From Candidatus Sulfobium sp. (GTDB taxonomy: Bacteria > Nitrospirota > Thermodesulfovibrionia > Thermodesulfovibrionales > UBA6898), in NCBI GenBank assembly GCA_037380845.1, contig JARRRI010000003.1:36531-100530 (forward strand): a stretch of DNA of 64,000 bases, written 5' to 3'. The notes under the pieces were generated by a model. That model was not told the origin of the DNA. It saw nothing but the letters and a program-made list of their open reading frames with translations, and searched no databases. The first letter of the stretch is position 1. Each line of letters opens with the position of its first letter. A program made the position numbers and the translations under genes. Positions 58,214 through 64,000 of the stretch are shown here, piece by piece.

Positions 58214-59765
58214 CCTTCAGAATCTCCGGCTCGGTATGGGGGAGGAACATGGCTCCCTGCAGTATATTCATTAACTCGCCGTCTTCGTTCATCTCCCTGT
58301 AAGTGATCCTTGCAGCTATTTCGCCGATCTCGCACAGGAGATCTCTGTCCGTCAGCACCATCTCAGCCCCTCCGAGAGAAGAATTGCCGAGGGGAATGAA
58401 CCTGTCCCTGGGCATGTCCGGCAGCATGCCGATGTTTACGGCACTTTCCAGGTCGATGCCGCAGCCGAGGGCGCCGGCAATGTAGACCCTGTGTATTTCA
58501 CTGAATGTGAGCCCTACCGACTTGACGAAGACATAGAGAAAAGAGAACATCGCCGCTTTCGACAGGAGAAAATTCTCTATTTCGGCCTCGGTCAGGTACA
58601 ACTCCCGCGTGCCGCTTTTGTATAACATGAAGACCTTTGCCCCTTCTCTTTCCGTCACGCCCACGGCCGAATCGACAAGCCTGCCCCGCTGGTCGATAAC
58701 GCCGGCGGAAAAGAGTTCCGAAATAAGGTCTATCATTCCGGAGCCGCAGATGCCCGCGGGTTCGGTGTCTCCGATGACCTCCAGGTCCAGTTTGTTGCGG
58801 AGCCTGTCAAACTTCACCCTTGAAACGGTACCCCGCTCGGCTTTCTTCCCGATGGCCGCTACTCCGCCTTCCAGCGCCGGCCCCGCAGCCCCGGCGCCGG
58901 TCATGATCCAGTCCCTGCAGCCGAGCGTAATCTCAACGTTAGTTCCAACGTCGATAAACAAGGCTGGAGATTCTTCCCTGTGAAGACCCGAATAAAGTAT
59001 GCCGCTGATAATGTCGCCTCCGACGTAACTGCCCGAATTCGGAAATATATAGGCCATGGCGTTCCGGTTCCCTGACAAACCCATTTCTGCAGCCCGGCAG
59101 AATACGGGGGCGTTTACCGCCGGCACATACGGGGTCACAGGTATGTTCCTCACGTCCAGACCCATGGCGAAATGGCTCATGATTGTGTTGCCCGCAATGG
59201 TAAAGGCAAATATTTCATCGACCTCAACTCCATGGTCGTCACAGACCTTTCGGATCAGACCGTTCATACCTTCCAGCAGGGCACGGTTCAGCGTACCATA
59301 TTCACCCACCATGGACATCTGCGCCCTTGTGAGGACGTCAACGCCGAACCCTGTCTGGGGGTTTTCAGCACTTGCACGGGCGACCTTCTCCCCGGTCATG
59401 AGGTCTGTCAGGGAACACTCAACGTTCGTGGACCCGATATCGAGGGCAAGCCCGAACACACTATCCTTCCCTATACCGAGCACCGTCAGGCCGTAATTTC
59501 CGGGACCCCCCGCACCCTCTCCCTGCTCTCCCTTCTGACAGGCCGGGCGGGGAAGTCTGTTTATTCCGATCACGACTTTCATCGTAAAATGATTGCGGCG
59601 GAGTTCACAGGGCAGCCTCTTCATTATGTCCAGGGGTATCTCAACACCGGAAATCCCCATTTTCTCCAGCCCGTCTCTCAGCCGGTCCGCGTCGGCGGTC
59701 TTGTCAGACGGAGAAGGAGACTCCATCCGCACTTCGCGGCAAAAAACGAGAGGATTAAGACTCAT
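58203..59765 (-). CDS. ASKHA/DUF4445 protein (RACo-like reductive activator) lacking the N-terminal 2Fe-2S domain
   Basis: DIGSTN, NPQ..FG.DV..R, GNTIM.H, YVGGD, DVGTN.E, AAGPALEG, GICGSG, AGALG, GNSSL.G. Confidence 0.88.
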   Translation of the reverse strand: MSLNPLVFCREVRMESPSPSDKTADADRLRDGLEKMGISGVEIPLDIMKRLPCELRRNHFTMKVVIGINRLPRPACQKGEQGEGAGGPGNYGLTVLGIGKDSVFGLALDIGSTNVECSLTDLMTGEKVARASAENPQTGFGVDVLTRAQMSMVGEYGTLNRALLEGMNGLIRKVCDDHGVEVDEIFAFTIAGNTIMSHFAMGLDVRNIPVTPYVPAVNAPVFCRAAEMGLSGNRNAMAYIFPNSGSYVGGDIISGILYSGLHREESPALFIDVGTNVEITLGCRDWIMTGAGAAGPALEGGVAAIGKKAERGTVSRVKFDRLRNKLDLEVIGDTEPAGICGSGMIDLISELFSAGVIDQRGRLVDSAVGVTEREGAKVFMLYKSGTRELYLTEAEIENFLLSKAAMFSFLYVFVKSVGLTFSEIHRVYIAGALGCGIDLESAVNIGMLPDMPRDRFIPLGNSSLGGAEMVLTDRDLLCEIGEIAARITYREMNEDGELMNILQGAMFLPHTEPEILKGGD

Positions 59766-61728
59766 ACATTATTTTTCCCATATCCGAGGTGTCATAGCCG
59801 CCAAGCCCTTCTACAGAACTCCTGAACTCCTGGTCGACCCTGATTATTTCCAAAAGGGCGGAAACGGTTTCCTTCTCCATAAAATCCGCCGGTATCACAA
59901 GGTCATACCTCTCCTTCGCCAGTGGTATAAAGTCGAGGCCCAGGGCCCGGGCAGCAGCCAGTATGCCCATGCCCACGTCGGCAATGCCGGTCAGCACTGC
60001 CGATGCAACACCCATATGCGTATATTCCTCCCTGTCGTAACCCTTCACATCACCCGCAGATATGCCCAGCTCCCTTAAATATTTGTCTGTAAGCAGTCTT
60101 GTCCCCGCCCCTCCCTGTCTGTTTATGAAGGTGACATCCCGTCTTGCCAGGTCGTGAAAACCCTTTATCCCTTTAGGGTTGTCCCTGGGCACGATCAAAC
60201 CCTGCTGCCGGTAGACAAGATTCATCAGTACCACTTTGGTGTCCCCGAGAATCCGCCGGATAAAAGGGACGTTGTATTCGCCCGTCTCTTCATCCAGCAG
60301 ATGGGAGCCGGCTATATGGGCCTCCCCTCTTTTCAGCGCCACCAGCCCTCCCATGGAACCCACATGGGCCGACGAAAGGGAAAACCGGGGATGCTTCCTC
60401 TTCAATATATTGGCAAGCAGGTCCAGTGCGTTGTCGTGACTGCCTATGCAGACAATGGTATTCTCTATCTCTTTTTCAGATCTGAACAGTTCAACTGTCA
60501 GCTCCGAGCCGGCCCCCACTCCTTCGGACATTGCAGGTATCCTTGCCAGGCCGTCTGCCCGCACTAGCGACATGAGCACGCCCGCACCCCGACCCACAGG
60601 GGTCGCTATCATTTTCTCGCCCACCCTGCCCACCTTCACCCGCAGGAATTCTTCCTTTCCCAAAGCCGAAGCTACCTGTCTCGAAAGCCTGGTCTTCACG
60701 ACCCGCGGCTGAGGCATATCAAGTCCCCTCCATCGGTAGATCAGGGGCTTTGCGAAGAGGTGGAATGCAATGTATGCGGAAACAGGGTAACCGGGTATCC
60801 CGAGTACGGGTCTGTTTTTGACCCAGCCCAGGATAACCGGTTTCCCGGGTTTTATATTTATCCCGTGTACCATAACTTCCCCCAGTCCAGCTATGGCATG
60901 CGCCGTGTAGTCCGCCGAACCGGCCGATGAGCCCGCATTTATAACCACAAGGTCGCCTGTTTCGCACCCTTTGAGGATCGTCTCCCTGATCAGACCGGGG
61001 TCATCGGGAACGGGGTCGACCCTCAAAGCACGCCCGCCCCATTCCTCGACGAGCGACGATAAAATCCTCGAATTGTATTCAATGATGTTGCCCTTCCTCA
61101 GCTGCTGCCCCGGCTCGATGAGTTCGCTGCCGGTGGGTATTATCGTCACTGCCGGCTTGCGCCTGACGTTTATCCTTACATGCCCTCCCGAAAGCATGGC
61201 CCCGATATCGACTGGTCGTATCTCATGGTTTTCAGGCAAGATCAGTTCCGTACTTACAATGTCTTCACCGATCACCCTCACATGCTGCCAGGGAGTGGCA
61301 GGTTTTATTATTTCAATGAACTCTTCCCCTAAAGCCGCCCGGCTGGAAGCCTTTTTCGCAGATTCGGCCTCCTCGCCATGTGTAAGGTTTACATCCTCTA
61401 CCATGACGACCGCATTGAATTCCTCCGGCACGGGCTCTCCAGTGTTGAGGTAAACGGCCTGGTCGCCTATCCTGAGTCTCTTCGGCGAAGTTTCCGCCGC
61501 ACCGAAAGTGTCTGCAAACCTCACCGCGTACCCGTCCATGGCGGAAGAGTGATAAAAAGGCGCCGAAATCGCCGCCATAACGGCCGTCGCAGTAACTCTT
61601 CCCAGGGAATCCCAGACCTCCACACGCTCCCCACCGAGAGGCCCGACACCCTCCGAATCGAGCCTTTCCGACCATATCCCCAGCGCCTTCTCCAGGGGGG
61701 TGTTCTCCAGGTATATGCTTTTCCTCAA
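59755..61728 (-). CDS. moeA: Molybdopterin molybdotransferase fused to a PBP-like substrate-binding domain
   Basis: SAMDGYAV, PTGSEL, GSSAGSAD, IKPGKP, GIPGYP; C-terminal GSHD, GSMGGL, NRQGGAGTR. Confidence 0.93.
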   Translation of the reverse strand: MRKSIYLENTPLEKALGIWSERLDSEGVGPLGGERVEVWDSLGRVTATAVMAAISAPFYHSSAMDGYAVRFADTFGAAETSPKRLRIGDQAVYLNTGEPVPEEFNAVVMVEDVNLTHGEEAESAKKASSRAALGEEFIEIIKPATPWQHVRVIGEDIVSTELILPENHEIRPVDIGAMLSGGHVRINVRRKPAVTIIPTGSELIEPGQQLRKGNIIEYNSRILSSLVEEWGGRALRVDPVPDDPGLIRETILKGCETGDLVVINAGSSAGSADYTAHAIAGLGEVMVHGINIKPGKPVILGWVKNRPVLGIPGYPVSAYIAFHLFAKPLIYRWRGLDMPQPRVVKTRLSRQVASALGKEEFLRVKVGRVGEKMIATPVGRGAGVLMSLVRADGLARIPAMSEGVGAGSELTVELFRSEKEIENTIVCIGSHDNALDLLANILKRKHPRFSLSSAHVGSMGGLVALKRGEAHIAGSHLLDEETGEYNVPFIRRILGDTKVVLMNLVYRQQGLIVPRDNPKGIKGFHDLARRDVTFINRQGGAGTRLLTDKYLRELGISAGDVKGYDREEYTHMGVASAVLTGIADVGMGILAAARALGLDFIPLAKERYDLVIPADFMEKETVSALLEIIRVDQEFRSSVEGLGGYDTSDMGKIMYES

Positions 61729-61931
61729 AACGCCTTCACCATTATCAATACCGAATATCTTTCCTTTTTACTATACAACCATACTCCTCAGAAGATACAG
61801 CCTGTATGAAATTAAGAGGAAAGATCCACCACTGAGACTGAGATACCTGGAAGGTCCTGTATTATCTCTTTGTTTCCTGCCTGGCCGTGTCAGGACCTGA
61901 ATGTCACAGGGAGTCGAATGCCTCTCCCGGG

Positions 61932-62850
61932 TCAGGGGGTCCCGGGGCTGAGGGCGGCCTCCACATCTTTTCCTTCGGCCGCTTCAACCCGGTTCCGGCC
62001 GTTCCTCTTTGCTTCGTAAAGTGCAAAATCCGCACATCTTATCATCTTGTCCTCGCTGTCGATTCCAGGGTCCGGCATGCCCGAAATCCCCACGCTGACA
62101 GTAACCGGTCGATCAGTTCCATGAAATTTGTATTGTGAGTATCGATTTCCCTTATGCTCCCAGGAGGACAGCCGATATTTCCTTCAGGACCATGTCCCCC
62201 GCCAGATGTCCGTAATTGTCATTTACTTTCTTGAAGTGGTCGATATCCAGCATCACGAGAGAAAACGGCGTAGCATATCTCCTTGCACGCTCGAATTCCC
62301 TTGTCAGTGATTCATGAAAACGATGGCGGTTGTAAAGACCGGTGAGAGCGTCCGTAATCGCCATCTGCTCAAGTTTGGCGAGCAGTTTTTCGAGCTGCTT
62401 GTTCTTTTTTCTCAGTTCATCCTGAAGCGCTTTCGTCCGGAGGGATGCATAAATCCTGGCGTTCAATTCAAGTTCGTTATATTGTTTGGGGAGGTAATCG
62501 TCGGCCCCTACGCGAAGTCCCGAGATCTTGTCGGACAAATCTTTTCTGACCGTCAGCATAATTATGGGTATGCCTCTCGTGTCTTCTTCAAGTTTCAGCC
62601 AGCGGCATACTTCATAGCCGTCCATGCCCGGCATGACCACGTCCAGGAGTATGATGTCCAGGTCCGAAGTCTTGACCGTCTTTATCGCGTTTATGCCGTC
62701 CTGTACCCACAGGACTTCATAACCGGTTTTCCGCAGGAACTTTCTGGTCACATTCGCCTGCAGAGGATCATCTTCCACAAGTAAGACTCTGGCAGTCGAC
62801 AAGGCACCCCTCCGCGCCATATCAGCTTCATATTTTCCGGAGCCGGACAA
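61932..62850 (-). pseudogene. REC-GGDEF diguanylate cyclase pseudogene (frameshifts plus internal deletion)
   Basis: REC and TDALTGLYN..DIDHFKKVND.YGH..GD intact; then SIREIDT in a shifted frame, no GG(D/E)EF segment, then VTVSVG...ADFALYEAKRNGRNRV to TGA at 61932. Confidence 0.85.
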
Positions 62851-62892
62851 TTTTTCCCTTCCCTTTAGCCCTCACGGGGCGAGTCAGCATTT

Positions 62893-63372
62893 TCAGAGAC
62901 TGCTCGCGACTATCCGTCCTCCTGCATCGTCAACGAGGTGGCAGTGCACGAGCAGCTTTCCCCTTCCGACCCTGGCCTCCGCCACTCTCTTCGCAGCCTT
63001 GCAGACCTTTCGTAACACGTCCAGTCTGCCTCCGTCGTAAAGTTTCCGGAAGACGGCGTCCGCTTCTGCCGCCGGAAAGTTGAGCTTCCGGGGAAGCGAG
63101 CAGACCCTCCCAAGGAAGTCATGAACTTCAGACGGCGATGGGTTCCTGGATTTCCAGAGAGCAACCTTCAAAATGTCCACCCACCCAGTCACAACATGCA
63201 GTTTCACAACACCCTTGTCAGCGGACAGCAGGATCGACTCCGTAATACCCTGTCTTGCTGCTACATAACAATCTTCTCTCAGTGAAAAGAGCACCTGATG
63301 CGACCTCCTGGCGCGCTCTCCCTGAAAGAGTACGATTTCTGTCAAGTTGCGGGAATTAATTCTCTCCACCAA
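62893..63372 (-). CDS. Hypothetical protein, weakly reminiscent of the CbiD C-terminal region
   Basis: 159-aa ORF ending VHCHLVDDAGGRIVASSL. Confidence 0.45.
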   Translation of the reverse strand: MVERINSRNLTEIVLFQGERARRSHQVLFSLREDCYVAARQGITESILLSADKGVVKLHVVTGWVDILKVALWKSRNPSPSEVHDFLGRVCSLPRKLNFPAAEADAVFRKLYDGGRLDVLRKVCKAAKRVAEARVGRGKLLVHCHLVDDAGGRIVASSL

Positions 63373-63651
63373 AAGACGCGATTAGGATAAAATACATAAA
63401 ATCGGCAGTTTTTCTCAAGAAAAAGTTTCTCACCAGGAGGGACGGTCACTGCCTGTGCGAAGGTCCGGACGGCGCAGGTGCGACTGGCGGCAGTTGTAGC
63501 GGTCGGCAGTTAAGAGTGATAAAATGGGAATGACCCGCTCAAGCGGGGTGCTCCGATGCCCGTCCCGGGGTGATGACACGCCTTCAGTTTTGAGGCCTTT
63601 CGCGATAAGTTCCGGTGCGGATATCGGAAAATTCTTTCGACCGGAAGAGGT

Positions 63652-64000
63652 ATGAAAAGTGTATATTGTCACGATCACGCCTGAGTGTGCACCCGCAGCC
63701 AAAGTGGGAGGGTTGGGGGACGTAGTATATGGTCTCAGCCATGAACTCGAGATACGGGGACATATGGTCGAGATCATTCTGCCCAAGTACGACTGCATGC
63801 GATATGACCAGATTTACGCCCTCCAGAGGGTCTATGATGACCTGTGGGTCCCCTTTTACGACCACCACGTCCACTGTTCGGTATTCTTCGGGTTTGTCCA
63901 TGGCAGAAAATGTTTCTTCATAGAACCCCACTCCAACCGCAATTTTTTCAACCGGGGGATTTTTTACGGCCATCACGATGACCCCGAAAGGTTCGCTTTT
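63652..64000 (+). CDS. glgA: Glycogen synthase, 5' part; runs off the right edge
   Basis: Translated by hand: YIVTITPECAPAAKVGGLGDVVYGLSHEL...ILPKYDCMRYD (KxGG motif). Confidence 0.92.

Noticed and set aside
1..64000. CRISPR arrays, tRNA/rRNA, transposases, phage genes
   Set aside because: None recognised by eye or in the ORF track

Overview
Bacterial chromosomal window; gene content and style suggest an anaerobic Gram-negative organism, plausibly Nitrospirota (Thermodesulfovibrionia-like) or Desulfobacterota (inference). It holds about 60 CDS and no rRNA, tRNA, CRISPR array, prophage or intact IS that I can see. Main modules: alpha-glucan/trehalose metabolism (treS-maltokinase fusion, glgE, malQ, treT-like, partial glgA); glucosylglycerate-type solute genes (gpgS, glycerate kinase, gpgP) near mscS and a ClC transporter; modE plus a porin with a ModE-like box; a Tat molybdoenzyme followed by two DegP/Q proteases; a beta-barrel-copC-copD operon; archease-rtcB-mqnA; EF-G paralog-rmlCBD; and housekeeping genes (rpsO-pnp-M16, ilvD, bioD, hemH, moeA). 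Best leads: (1) a 134-aa protein with the active-site motifs of eukaryotic PHPT1/Janus phosphohistidine phosphatases; (2) a stand-alone His-less HisKA-like protein; (3) a candidate ModE-controlled porin; (4) a structured, riboswitch-like leader before the ClC gene. Several genes are decaying. All homology calls come from reading motifs; no searches were run.
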